From Chloroflexota bacterium (GTDB lineage: Bacteria; Chloroflexota; UBA11872; VXOZ01): a DNA stretch of 64,000 nt. This document shows, piece by piece, positions 1-9,513 of this stretch. The stretch is from NCBI GenBank assembly GCA_964291655.2, contig OZ219802.1, positions 1,056,001 through 1,120,000 of the forward strand, given 5' to 3'. The notes under the pieces were generated by a model. The model had not been told where the DNA came from and ran no database searches. It saw nothing but the letters and a program-made list of their open reading frames with translations. The translations under genes were made by a program, and so were the position numbers. Every line of letters starts with the position of its first letter. Position 1 is the stretch's first letter.

Positions 1-2
1 CC

Positions 3-593
3 ATTGCACCCCAGGTCCACGTGGACGTGGAGCAGCGCGCCGAGGCGGCAGGCGCCCAAAGCCTGGAGGCGTGCATGGCGAGCAGCATCACCCAAGCGCG
101 CGACGGCACGCTGTACCTCATGTGCGGTGGTAGTGAGGACGCCTTTGCCCGCGCCCGGCCGCTGCTGGACACCATGAGCATCTCGCTGCGCTACATTGGG
201 TCCGCCGGCAAGGCGGCGCAGGTCAAAGCGCTCGTTAACATGGTGATGAACATCAACACGGCAGGCCTCGCTGAGGGCCTCGGCCTGGGCGAAGCTCTGG
301 GGCTCGACAGCGCGCTGCTGCAGGAAGTCTTTGCGCAGACCGGCGCCAATTCCCGGGTGCTGGAGACCGACGGCGAGGACATGGAATCCCGCGACCACGA
401 GTGCTATTTCTCCGCCGCACATGCCTCTAAGGACTCCGGCATTGCGCTGGACCTGGCAGCGGACGCCGGCCTTTCGCTACCGCTGGCGCAGGCTACGAAA
501 GCCCAGTACGACAAGATGATCGACATGGGCTTGGGCGAACTCGATAAGTCCGGCGTGGCGGAGCTGACCTACCCCGGCAGAGGCGGCTCGTAA
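3..593 (+). CDS. NAD(P)-dependent oxidoreductase, 3-hydroxyisobutyrate/6-phosphogluconate dehydrogenase family (5' truncated by window)
   Basis: Frame is open from the window edge. GTLYLMCGG, KALVNM and KDSGIALDLA match the beta-hydroxyacid dehydrogenase C-terminal half. Confidence 0.85.
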   Translation: MAPQVHVDVEQRAEAAGAQSLEACMASSITQARDGTLYLMCGGSEDAFARARPLLDTMSISLRYIGSAGKAAQVKALVNMVMNINTAGLAEGLGLGEALGLDSALLQEVFAQTGANSRVLETDGEDMESRDHECYFSAAHASKDSGIALDLAADAGLSLPLAQATKAQYDKMIDMGLGELDKSGVAELTYPGRGGS

Positions 594-696
594 CAAGCGT
601 GAGATTGAACGCCTGCTCGCCTTGCGATGAGCTCAGTGCCTGCTCCGTACTTGAAACGGGGGCGAACGGCCACCCCTGCAAAACTAGGAGTCCTGC

Positions 697-938
697 CCGT
701 TCACATTGAGCCTGACGAAGCACTTATAGAGAGCGCCTCCGTTCGTGCTGAGCTCGTCGAAGCACTCATGGGGAGCGCCTCCGTTCGTGCTGAGCCCGTC
801 GAAGCACTCATAGGGAGTGCCTCCGTTCATGCTCAGCCTGTCGAAGCACCCATGGGGAGCGCCTCCGTTCGGTTGTGCTCGTCGAAGCACTCATAAGAAA
901 CTCCTCCGTTCGTGCTGAGCCTGTCGAAGCATGAACGG
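697..938 (+). repeat. Tandem array of six ~42-bp units built on a REP-like CCGTTCGTGCTGAGCCTGTCGAAGCA core
   Basis: Units start at 697, 739, 781, 823, 865 and 906. The last unit closes as CCGTTC...GAACGG. Related single copies lie at ~26595-26636 and ~61547-61573. Confidence 0.9.
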
Positions 939-1046
939 GCGCCGCGACAAGTCTGACACATTGCCTCTGAATTGCGCAGTCCAGCGAATGTCGTCATTCA
1001 GTCTCAAACCCGACCCGGAGCAAAAGTGCCGGGGGCATGAAATCGC

Positions 1047-1625
1047 ATGGTCGCACAGCTCAAATCCAACCTACTGCTTGTGCTCGCAGCCGTTGCCCTG
1101 CTCTGGGCCGTGGAAGCAGCGAACCTTCTAACGGGACATCACCTTAACACCTGGGGCATCCTGCCGCGCACCGTTACGGGACTGCGTGGCATTCCGCTTA
1201 GTCCGTTTCTCCATGGCAACATCGGCCACCTGCTGGTAAACACCGTGCCGTTTCTGGTGCTCGGGGGGCTTGTCGCCATACAGGGCAGACGGGCGTTTCT
1301 TGGCGTGTCGCTCGTCGTCATCGCCTGCGGGGGAATAGCCCTGTGGGTCTTTGGACGCACGGCCTACCACATTGGCGCGAGCGGCCTGATCTTCGGGTAT
1401 TTTGGTTACCTGGTTGCCCGCGCCTGGTACGAGCGCAGTCTCTGGTCCATCCTCATCGCGCTGGTGACGCTCTTCTTCTACGGCGGACTCGTGTGGGGCG
1501 TGCTGCCCACGACCACCTATATCTCTTGGGAAGGCCACCTCTTCGGCCTCCTCGCCGGCATTCTCGCCGCACGCATCCAAGGCGCCCGAAGGAAAGAGAA
1601 GCCGGCACCAACGCATTCGCCCTAA
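1047..1625 (+). CDS. Rhomboid family intramembrane serine protease
   Basis: Hydrophobic, with FLHGNIGHLLVN, GASG (catalytic Ser) and SWEGHLFG (catalytic His). Confidence 0.92.
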   Translation: MVAQLKSNLLLVLAAVALLWAVEAANLLTGHHLNTWGILPRTVTGLRGIPLSPFLHGNIGHLLVNTVPFLVLGGLVAIQGRRAFLGVSLVVIACGGIALWVFGRTAYHIGASGLIFGYFGYLVARAWYERSLWSILIALVTLFFYGGLVWGVLPTTTYISWEGHLFGLLAGILAARIQGARRKEKPAPTHSP

Positions 1626-1718
1626 GCCGCCGTTCTGGTGTCGGGGAAGTCCTTGTGGCTGCACGCTGCCCGGCGCAATCGAGGACGAGACGTGTTGGCG
1701 GGCAATTCCCTGTCCCTC

Positions 1719-1747
1719 GTAGGAACAGATCTAGTGGTTGTTCCTAC
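1719..1747. repeat. GTAG-type REP-like palindrome
   Basis: GTAGGAACA-N11-TGTTCCTAC between convergent genes. A second GTAG hairpin lies at ~1817-1842. Confidence 0.6.
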
Positions 1748-1902
1748 GCGGCGCACATGCAGTCAAGGACAATTGCCGGACAGATCCCTAGTTTCACGCA
1801 GGCAAGCAGGCTTCCGGTAGCGCAGGTTTGCAACCTTCGCTCGCAGGGCACAAGAAGCGTAAAGACACCCGAAACCCCCACGAAATTGCACCATCTGCCT
1901 GG

Positions 1903-2658
1903 CTAAGCCGGTATCCCCTTGCGCTCACAAGCGCCCCTTAGATGCTCCGCCAACCACTTGCCCTGATGCTCTGTAAAGTATGCCAACAGAGCATGCCCCG
2001 CCTCGGCGGTGGCTACCTCCGCATCACTCTCAGCGTATGCTCCCCAACTGCCGTCCGGCGTGAGCTTGTCCCACGTCATGTAGTCCATGTAGGCCTGTTC
2101 GTCTTCCGCCACCGCGCTGCCGAACGGGCCGGGGAGCACACAGTCCGGCGCGAGATAGAGCGCAAGCGCGCGAGACTCCGCCCCGCCGTGCACCTCACCG
2201 CGACCGGCGAGACCGGCGTGTTTCCGCGCCTTTTCCCAGACGCGTGCGCCGCCCTGATGAGCGTTGACGACTACAATGCCCGCAAACTGCCGGTTGATGT
2301 GCTTGATGAAGGCCGTGAGCCAGTACGAGCCGCCGTGTCCGCACGTGAGCACCTGCTTGCGGAAGCCCTGCTTCCGCAAACCGGCCACAATTTCTTCCAA
2401 CACGAGCATTACGGTAGCCGGCCGCAGCGTGACCGTGCCTGTGAATGAGGCGTGCTCTTCAGCGGTGTTGAAAGGCAAGGTCGGCAGCACGTAGGCTGCG
2501 AGCCGTTCGCCAAACGCCCGCGCAAAGTACTCCGCGACAAGCGTATCGATGTGGAGAGGAAGACACGGGCCGCACTGTTCGGTGGACCCGACGCTAATGA
2601 TCGCAGTGTCTGCACCGGCGTCGGTCAGTTGTTTCGTGGTGTTGCGAAACGAATACAT
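1903..2658 (-). CDS. Creatininase family protein with atypical metal site
   Basis: GSTEQCGPCLPxxxD, EHASFTGT and GHGG match the creatininase/amidohydrolase motifs. Confidence 0.85.
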   Translation of the reverse strand: MYSFRNTTKQLTDAGADTAIISVGSTEQCGPCLPLHIDTLVAEYFARAFGERLAAYVLPTLPFNTAEEHASFTGTVTLRPATVMLVLEEIVAGLRKQGFRKQVLTCGHGGSYWLTAFIKHINRQFAGIVVVNAHQGGARVWEKARKHAGLAGRGEVHGGAESRALALYLAPDCVLPGPFGSAVAEDEQAYMDYMTWDKLTPDGSWGAYAESDAEVATAEAGHALLAYFTEHQGKWLAEHLRGACERKGIPA

Positions 2659-2992
2659 GGCAAGTGTCCTTGAAATTTAGGAGCAGTCGTTAGAATTCAG
2701 ATTAAGTAGCTCTTCTCGTCACCTTACCCACGAGAAGCCCTATCTTGCAGCACGGGGCCTTGTGCACCGCAGAGGGGAGGTAAGGGTGTGCCTACTACCG
2801 GTGAGACGCTACTTACCTAAGGTGTCGGCAGCATGAATGTGCCGTACTGGCTAAATCGGGCATGCAATCATCTCACCACTCTGCCCCACTATTTTTTGAC
2901 GACTTTCGCCGGTCGTCCCTGGTCAATGGGGTGAGAGGTTGTATTGGAGCGAAGAAGGCTGCTTGGCAAGTAAGCGCACGGTTCTCCACGCC

Positions 2993-3020
2993 CTGGATTC
3001 CGGCTTACGCCGGAATGACG
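2993..3020. repeat. GTCATTCC-type REP-like palindrome family
   Basis: CTGGATTCCGGCTTACGCCGGAATGAC. Related copies at ~11540, 22684-22752, 23721, 23803, 25078 and 52003-52069. Confidence 0.85.
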
Positions 3021-3074
3021 GACCTTTTGGCCTCTCCAATGGAAAGGGGAGTGGCCCTGCGAATTACAAGCGAG

Positions 3075-4283
3075 TTACCCTAACACAGGATATAGGAGCT
3101 CATCAAACGTTACCGCCCGGCTGTTGTGGTCGATACTCAGGCGCACGGCCTCGGCGATGGCGGTGCCGACGACGGCCTGTTGTGGGAGAGGACGCGACTT
3201 GGCAAATTCGGCGAGCATATCCCGCCGAACCTGCAACGCCTGGGCCGCGTCCTTGCCCTCGGTTGCGCGCAGGATGCGGCGCGCGTCATGGACACCCTGC
3301 ATCACGCTATCGTAGCCGTACCCCACGTATTCGGTGCCTTCGCCGTCCCACGGCTCGTACTGCTTGAAGAAGTTGGGGTTGAAGTGCTCAAAGCCTTTGT
3401 CCTGGGTCACGAAGTGCAGCTTGCGGTCTTTGTGATCGGCCCAGTATTCGCCCTGGGTGCCGGAGAGTTGCATTCCTTGGTTGGTGAGCGCGCTATTTGC
3501 CTCCGCGCAGACCCATGAGGTCTGCACCCAAAGCACGGAACCATCCGTCCACTCGATTACGCCCTGCACCGCGTCAAAGGCATCCTGGCCCTGCGTCGGC
3601 AGGAATTTCTTCTGTCCAAAGCCCCAAACGCGGGCGGGCTTGAGACCGGTAATGAAGTAGTAGGCATCGGCATAGTGCACGCCGATGTACTCAAAAGGAG
3701 AGCTCTCTTCCGCCCACAGGGAGAAAATATCCAGCGGCATCTCGCGCCGCTCTTCGATCCAGGCGTGGCCGTGCAGCATCTCGCCCAAATGCCCCTGCCG
3801 GTAGTAGCGCTGGGCGGCGCGAATGGCGCGGTCGTGGCGCTTGTGGTAGTCCGTATAGACGTAAATGCCCTTGTTTTCGGCGGCGGTCAGAATGGTGTAA
3901 ACATCGGAGACCTTCAGGCAGAGGGGCTTCTGGACCACCACGTGGTGGCCGCGCTCGATAGCTGCCAGGATCATCTCTGTGTGGAGATGGTCCGGCGTCG
4001 CCACCACTACCACGCCGTGGGGGTCAAGATCGTCCAAGGCGGCCTGGTACGAATCGGGGAATGAAGCCTCGGGATCGGTGGTGTCGGGATCGGGATAGCC
4101 GCGAAACGCATAGTCAGGAAAGAGGTCGCGCACTTTGTGCAGCGTGCTCGCCCGGCGAGAGGCGATGCTCACCTCACCCACGACGCCGCGGTCTTGTTCT
4201 TGAAAGAGCGTTGGAATAATCACGTCTTGACTGATCATGCCGCCGCCAATCAGAAGTACCGGAACTCTTTCATCCCAAGCCAT
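3075..4283 (-). CDS. Gfo/Idh/MocA family oxidoreductase
   Basis: IGGGMIS, VATPDHLH, QKPLC and DYHKRHD motifs. ATG at 4283 follows a GAGGTAGG RBS. Confidence 0.9.
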   Translation of the reverse strand: MAWDERVPVLLIGGGMISQDVIIPTLFQEQDRGVVGEVSIASRRASTLHKVRDLFPDYAFRGYPDPDTTDPEASFPDSYQAALDDLDPHGVVVVATPDHLHTEMILAAIERGHHVVVQKPLCLKVSDVYTILTAAENKGIYVYTDYHKRHDRAIRAAQRYYRQGHLGEMLHGHAWIEERREMPLDIFSLWAEESSPFEYIGVHYADAYYFITGLKPARVWGFGQKKFLPTQGQDAFDAVQGVIEWTDGSVLWVQTSWVCAEANSALTNQGMQLSGTQGEYWADHKDRKLHFVTQDKGFEHFNPNFFKQYEPWDGEGTEYVGYGYDSVMQGVHDARRILRATEGKDAAQALQVRRDMLAEFAKSRPLPQQAVVGTAIAEAVRLSIDHNSRAVTFDELLYPVLG

Positions 4284-4418
4284 CAGGTACCTACCTCGAA
4301 TTCTGTAATTGCATATCACTACCTACGCCAGACGACTCCTTCAGTCGATAGACCTCAAGCCCTAGGAAAACTTTGGCACAACCCGGCTCGGCGGGCAAGC
4401 ATGCCTCCGCTCCCAGTG

Positions 4419-4493
4419 GAGACCTTTGCATAACTCCGGCCGGAGGCGCAAGAATTACCCCCTCTCCTTGGGGGAGAGGGTCGGGGTGAGGGG
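4419..4493 (+). mobile_element. Left end of a GAGACC-ended MITE-like element carrying a CCCTCTCC REP (degenerate copy of the element at 59 kb)
   Basis: GAGACCTTTGCATAACTCC followed by CCCTCTCCTTGGGGGAGAGGGTCGGGGTGAGGGG, the same layout as 59049-59120. The right end is not clearly preserved. Confidence 0.6.
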
Positions 4494-4735
4494 AACTCTT
4501 CACCGAGTTCGCGCCATAGCCCCCAGCGTCAGACCAATGCATGAGTTTCCTATTGCTTACTTCCAGCGTAGCGGCAGTCTACCATAGCCCCACCTTCGCC
4601 CTCAAAAAAAGGGGGGGCTGTCCAACTGCAAACGTCGTGACAGAACTTCAGCCGCGATTGCGCGCAGGCTCCTTGCTGCCGCGAAGGTGAGGTGTTTAAC
4701 TCGTGCAAGGCCAAGACCGCAGCAAATTTCATCTC

Positions 4736-4765
4736 TTGACAGATTCGCTAAATCGACTTCATACT
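4736..4765 (+). promoter_or_regulatory. Putative sigma70-type promoter of the first solute-binding protein gene
   Basis: TTGACA-N18-CATACT. A matching TTGACC-N18-CATACT precedes the paralog at 6397-6426. Confidence 0.55.
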
Positions 4766-4808
4766 TGTTACCGACAGTACTGTTGTCATGCACCTAGGAG
4801 GTGGAGCG

Positions 4809-6164
4809 ATGCAAGGCGAACGCAGTCGAATGACTCGCCGGTTCTTACTTAAGGGAGCCGCAGGCAGCGCGGGCATGCTGGCCTTGGCGGCGTGCGGCAC
4901 TGCGACCATGGCGCCTGAGGAAGCCGAAGCGCCCCAGGAAGAGACGAAGGCAGCAGAGGCGCCCAAGGCGATGGAGCCGACCGTCGTCAACGCGCTCATG
5001 GTGCTGCAGGGCCAGAACGAGACATGGATCAACTCCTGGAATACCATCTTTGCCAACTTCGAAGCCGCAAATCCCGAATATACAATGGATATCACCGATT
5101 CCACGTTCGGGGAGGTCACGACCAAGGCTGGCGCGTCCCTGGCCGCCGGCATTTCCTTTGACGACATTTACGGCTATTTCGGCTGGCTGGGACCGTTTGT
5201 CGACGGCGGGATCATCCAGCCGGTCACGCCGTTGCTGGCGAAAGACACTGAGGTATCCCCGGATGACTTCTACGAATCCGGCATTCTCAAATACAAGGGC
5301 GTGGCGTACGGCCTCGCGTGGCTACTCACGGCCCATCCCATTTGGTCGAACAATGACAAATTTGTCGAGGCCGGCTTGAAGACGCCCGCCGAGCTGGAGG
5401 CCGAGGGTAACTGGACCTGGGATGCCGTGTTAGAAGCGGCAGTCAGACTCACCAAACGCGAAGGCGATGAAATTACGTTTGGCGGCTTGCGAATCTACCC
5501 CACGCACACGTCCTATCTGCCCTACTATGCCTGGGCGTGGGGCGCGGACTTATGGAACGAAGGCTGTACGCAGGCCACGTTCAACACCCCTGCGTTCGCG
5601 GACGCCGTGCAGTTCTGCGTTGACCTTTTTGCCAAACATAAGGTGATCGGCGGCAATTTCCTCGAGGGCACCATGGGCATGTTCGAGCGCGCCACCGGCG
5701 GCGTGCGCCAGTTTGAGGAACAGATCACCGCCAATGATCTCTTTGAGATCGGCATGGCGGGACGACCCAAGGGACCAAACGGCGATAGCGCAACAGTCAT
5801 GACACCCATCGGCATCTTCATTGGCGAAGGCGCCAAGAATCCAGAGGGTGGTTGGGCCTTCCTCAAGTACACGGTGAGTGCGGATGCGCTGCCGGAGGTT
5901 GCCGCCACCGGCCAGGGTCGCTTCACCGCCAATAAGCATCTGGAGCCTTTGACGCTCTTCCCGTATGAAGACCCCGAAGTTTACAAGCAGATGGCGAGCG
6001 AGGGCCGCCCAGTGCCGCAACTGCTGAAACAAGGCGACTTCAATACCGAGTGGCGTGCCACCTGGGACGCCATGGTAGAAGGCTCTCTGACGGTTGCCGA
6101 GGGTATGGCGAAGACACAGGACCAGGTGCAGGGCTGGATCAACGAAGGCGGTTGCCTGCGCTAG
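4809..6164 (+). CDS. Extracellular solute-binding protein (CUT1/sugar-type ABC), Tat lipoprotein
   Basis: TRRFLLKG Tat motif, LAAC lipobox, WTWDAVLEAA and AWAFLKY family 1 SBP motifs, GGAGG RBS. Confidence 0.88.
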   Translation: MQGERSRMTRRFLLKGAAGSAGMLALAACGTATMAPEEAEAPQEETKAAEAPKAMEPTVVNALMVLQGQNETWINSWNTIFANFEAANPEYTMDITDSTFGEVTTKAGASLAAGISFDDIYGYFGWLGPFVDGGIIQPVTPLLAKDTEVSPDDFYESGILKYKGVAYGLAWLLTAHPIWSNNDKFVEAGLKTPAELEAEGNWTWDAVLEAAVRLTKREGDEITFGGLRIYPTHTSYLPYYAWAWGADLWNEGCTQATFNTPAFADAVQFCVDLFAKHKVIGGNFLEGTMGMFERATGGVRQFEEQITANDLFEIGMAGRPKGPNGDSATVMTPIGIFIGEGAKNPEGGWAFLKYTVSADALPEVAATGQGRFTANKHLEPLTLFPYEDPEVYKQMASEGRPVPQLLKQGDFNTEWRATWDAMVEGSLTVAEGMAKTQDQVQGWINEGGCLR

Positions 6165-6220
6165 GAGCGCAGAGGCACGTCGCATCGTTGCGTTAGCGCT
6201 GCGAGACTTAGCGAACGCCG

Positions 6221-6248
6221 GTAGGGGCACGATATATCGTGCCCCTAC
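6221..6248. repeat. GTAGGGGCACGA..TCGTGCCCCTAC REP family
   Basis: Perfect palindrome. Near-identical copies at 7881-7908 and 20328-20355, each downstream of an SBP gene. Confidence 0.85.
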
Positions 6249-6448
6249 GTGACTCCTCTTCTCATTGACAGAGTGCTTGCTTAGCTCTTTGTCAATGAGA
6301 TGCACTAGACTCTTGGCGCACGAAGACGGATTCCCGCTTTCGCGGTAAAGCGGAGTCTCGTTGAACCGCACCCGGAGGTGTCGTTGCTTCTTTCACTTGA
6401 CCTTCCCGCTAATGCAGCACCATACTCGATAGCGGCTGAAGATCTGTC

Positions 6449-7825
6449 ATGCGCCGAGGAGGCAGAGCATTGATTAGCATCCGCAGGCGAATGACCCGCC
6501 GGTACCTTCTCAGCGGAATTGCAGGCGGTGCGGGCATAGTGGGCTTGGCAGCGTGCGGCACAGAGTCCATGGAGCAGGAATCCGGTGAAGCTCCGCAGGT
6601 AGAGACAAGAATTCAAGAAACTCCACAAGCTTCGCGTCCGACCACTATTAGCACGCTGATGGTGCTGCGGGGCCAGAATGAGACCTGGACAAATTCGTGG
6701 CTTGACATCTTCGCCAACTTCGAAGCCCAGCACCCTGAATACAAGCTGGCAGTAACCGAATCCGCGTTCGCTAGCGTTACCTCCAGAGCGCTTACATTCA
6801 TGGCGGCCGGCTTCACTTTTGACGCGGTCTACGGCTTCATTGACTGGCTAGGCCTATTTGCTGACGCCGGCATCATTCAGTCGATCAATCCCTACCTGTC
6901 AACAGACACCGATGTCTCAATGGACGACTTCCATGACTTCGGCGTGCTTAGACACAAGGGCATAGTCTACGGGCTCGCCTGGCAGCTTGCCGCGCATCCG
7001 ATCTGGTTCAATGCCGACAGGTTCCAAGAGGCCGGCCTGAAGACGCCCGCGGCGCTGGAAGCTGAGGGCAATTGGACGTGGGAGGCCGTGCTGGATGCCG
7101 CCCTAAAGCTCACCAAGCGCGGGGACAGTGACATTACAGTTGGCGGCTTGCAGGTCTTCCCTATGTTCACGTCGTATCTGCCGTACTACGCCTGGGCGTG
7201 GGGCGCAGAACTTTGGGATGAAGGCTGCACCGAGGCTACCTTTACTACTCCCGCATTCACGGACGCGGTGCAGTACAGCGTTGATCTCTTTACCAAGCAC
7301 AACGTCATTGGCGGCACCTTTCTCTATGGTACGCAAGGCATGGTCGAGCGCGCACCAGACGCCGTGCGCCAATTCGACGAGGGGATCGCGGCGCGCGACC
7401 TCTTCAGCATTGGCATGGCTCCCCGGCCGCGGGGTCCGAACGGCGACCGCGGCACAGTCATGACGCCGAGCGCTATCCACCTCGGCAACGGCGCCGAGAA
7501 CGCCGACGGCGCCTGGGCCTTCCTCAAGTACACGGTGAGCGCCGCGGCCCAACCGCATTTGGCTGGCTTCGGCCAGGGCCGCTTCAATGCCAACAAGCAT
7601 CTTGCGCCGCTGACGCTCTATCCATTCGAGAACCCCGCTGTCTACTCGCAGATGGCGCAAGACGGAAGGCCTGAACCACAATTGCTGCAGCAAAGGGAAT
7701 TCTATGCCGCGTGGCGCGCCACCTGGGATGCCATGGTGGAGGGATCGCTTCCAGTCGCCGACGCCATGGCGAATACTCAAGAGCAGGTACAAGGCTGGAT
7801 CAACAAAGGCGGCTGCCTGGGGTAA
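6449..7825 (+). CDS. Extracellular solute-binding protein, tandem paralog of 4809-6164
   Basis: TRRYLLSG Tat motif, LAAC lipobox, and long identical blocks with the upstream gene (e.g. SYLPYYAWAWGA, RATWDAMVEGSL). Exact start uncertain. Confidence 0.88.
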   Translation: MRRGGRALISIRRRMTRRYLLSGIAGGAGIVGLAACGTESMEQESGEAPQVETRIQETPQASRPTTISTLMVLRGQNETWTNSWLDIFANFEAQHPEYKLAVTESAFASVTSRALTFMAAGFTFDAVYGFIDWLGLFADAGIIQSINPYLSTDTDVSMDDFHDFGVLRHKGIVYGLAWQLAAHPIWFNADRFQEAGLKTPAALEAEGNWTWEAVLDAALKLTKRGDSDITVGGLQVFPMFTSYLPYYAWAWGAELWDEGCTEATFTTPAFTDAVQYSVDLFTKHNVIGGTFLYGTQGMVERAPDAVRQFDEGIAARDLFSIGMAPRPRGPNGDRGTVMTPSAIHLGNGAENADGAWAFLKYTVSAAAQPHLAGFGQGRFNANKHLAPLTLYPFENPAVYSQMAQDGRPEPQLLQQREFYAAWRATWDAMVEGSLPVADAMANTQEQVQGWINKGGCLG

Positions 7826-8281
7826 GAGCCTGTAACACGGATCAGCGCATGGCTGCCGCCGCGGAATACGCAGCACGCTGGGAGGGGCACGACATGTCGT
7901 GCCCCTACGATATGCTTATCAATGGGGATACGCCACGAGCAGCAGACTCAGGAGCAGGCCAGCAGGCCGGATGTCTCACTCTCCTCACGCATGACGTGAT
8001 CACCCGGATAGCTGTCATTCTGTTTGCACTGAACGGACAGGTCTAGCGGGAAGGACTCGCTATCCTCGCACCTACTCTTCCACACCTCTTACTAACACGA
8101 GACGAACCATCATTGGGGAGACCAAGAAAGTGGGGTCGGACTGGCAGGTCGTGGGACCGCCAACATCTTGTCCAAATCGTCCCGTCGCTGTATAGGGAAT
8201 TGGGACACTTGGTGAGCTACTTGGGAGGCACATCGCCCGCGGCAATGCCCACTTCCCTTGAGCCGTTGATGTCTGCCTCCA

Positions 8282-8500
8282 CCGAGTCAGCTTGCGATAT
8301 GTACCGTCCAGCGCGGACTCAGGCAGGATTGGGTTCTGGTCGGCCTAGGTGTCGCGCAGCCGCCGTTCCAAATCCAACTGTCCGCAGCCGTCGCGATTGG
8401 AGTTTGGAGGATTGAGAACGACTTCCGGAACGATCATCACTTTCTAGCCGAGATCAGTGCGCCAACCGATTGCGGCTTTTTGACTTGGGTTTGGGATGGT
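8282..8500 (-). pseudogene. Remnant of type I restriction enzyme R subunit N-terminus
   Basis: The minus strand reads AAIGWRTDLG*KV... and then GQLDLERRLRDT*ADQNPILPESALDGTYRKLTR. This resembles the HsdR N-terminus (AALxWLxxLGW...VVLERRLRDALARLNPDLPxEALDDAFRKLTR), with stops and a frameshift. Confidence 0.7.
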
Positions 8501-8528
8501 GTTCCTTCAACTCAGCCTAGCAGTCCAT

Positions 8529-9338
8529 TCACGATTGCGTATCCACGCCAGCGATTGACAAGATGAGCTCGCGAGAACGGCCAGCAATTACGTTGCTCTG
8601 TTTTGAGATGTATCTGTTGATGGTTTGAACGACTCCATCATCCACTACAACTAGCCGATCAGTACGGCCACCAGAAGGGGAAACTGCCACGTCGGAAGCG
8701 AGCGGCAACCAGTATTCCACGCTTGGATCGCTAAGGTGTGCACGCCCCGGGAGGGAGAATATGACCATTGGATGGCTTCCAACAATGAAGCTGAGTTCCA
8801 GATTCTGAACGACCACAACGCCTAATCCCTTGTTCAACAGAACAGAAAGAACGTCCTTACTTGTATTAGGCAAACTTTCCACCCATACGTTCTTAATGTT
8901 CCTATTCACCTCTTCTATCGAACCAAAGTACTTCGACAATTGCATCTTCAATTCTTCGGGAACTATTTTGGAGAGCACTTGATCACGAACTTCCGGCACG
9001 CGGCGCCACTGCAAGTAAAAATACTGGCACCATGCCACCTTTTCGGCATGAGTCAGATCGGGTGTCTTTTGCTGTCGAGCGGCGTCAACGATCTTGTCTA
9101 TCACTTCACTAACTTGTCCCTCCAGTTCCGCAAGAAATTCTTCCACTTTCACATTCTTGTTTCCACTGCTGTCTACAGTCGTGTACAAATGGTTTTTAAC
9201 AAGGAGATTTTTCGGAGTTGTCACTTGAACACCGCGATCTGCGCGACGTTTGTCGAAGAAGTAAAGTTTCCCTTCTGGATTCGCAAATCGCCTAGATATC
9301 ATACGCGGGATATAGTGATGACGTTTCGGATAGCTCAA
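8529..9338 (-). CDS. DUF4238 domain-containing protein
   Basis: N-terminal KRHHYIPRM, VEEFLAELEG, QWRRVP and WLPLASDVAV match DUF4238. Lower GC than its flanks. Confidence 0.8.
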   Translation of the reverse strand: MSYPKRHHYIPRMISRRFANPEGKLYFFDKRRADRGVQVTTPKNLLVKNHLYTTVDSSGNKNVKVEEFLAELEGQVSEVIDKIVDAARQQKTPDLTHAEKVAWCQYFYLQWRRVPEVRDQVLSKIVPEELKMQLSKYFGSIEEVNRNIKNVWVESLPNTSKDVLSVLLNKGLGVVVVQNLELSFIVGSHPMVIFSLPGRAHLSDPSVEYWLPLASDVAVSPSGGRTDRLVVVDDGVVQTINRYISKQSNVIAGRSRELILSIAGVDTQS

Positions 9339-9414
9339 CTGACGATCATCTCCTCTATCGCTAGCTTCGGCATCATTGCATCATACTAAGAAACGAGCCC
9401 AAAGCTGTCGGCTC

Positions 9415-9452
9415 TAGATGCCTCCACCCTATCGATAGAGTGGAGGCATCTA
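9415..9452. repeat. 38-bp near-perfect palindrome (GTAG-type REP or hairpin)
   Basis: TAGATGCCTCCAC-CCTATCGATAGA-GTGGAGGCATCTA, with one mismatch. Confidence 0.75.
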
Positions 9453-9513
9453 CCTTCGAAATACAATCCAGTACCTCGAAGTAGGCGATAAGGCTTGCCT
9501 CTTCAGTTTCAGC

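Noticed and set aside
627-896. 89-aa ORF with 14-aa repeats
   Set aside because: It is a by-product of the 42-bp DNA repeat staying in frame, with no clear RBS or protein motif.
697-938. CRISPR array
   Set aside because: The linkers are only 15-16 bp and similar to each other, the repeats are degenerate, the core matches a dispersed REP family, and no cas genes are present.
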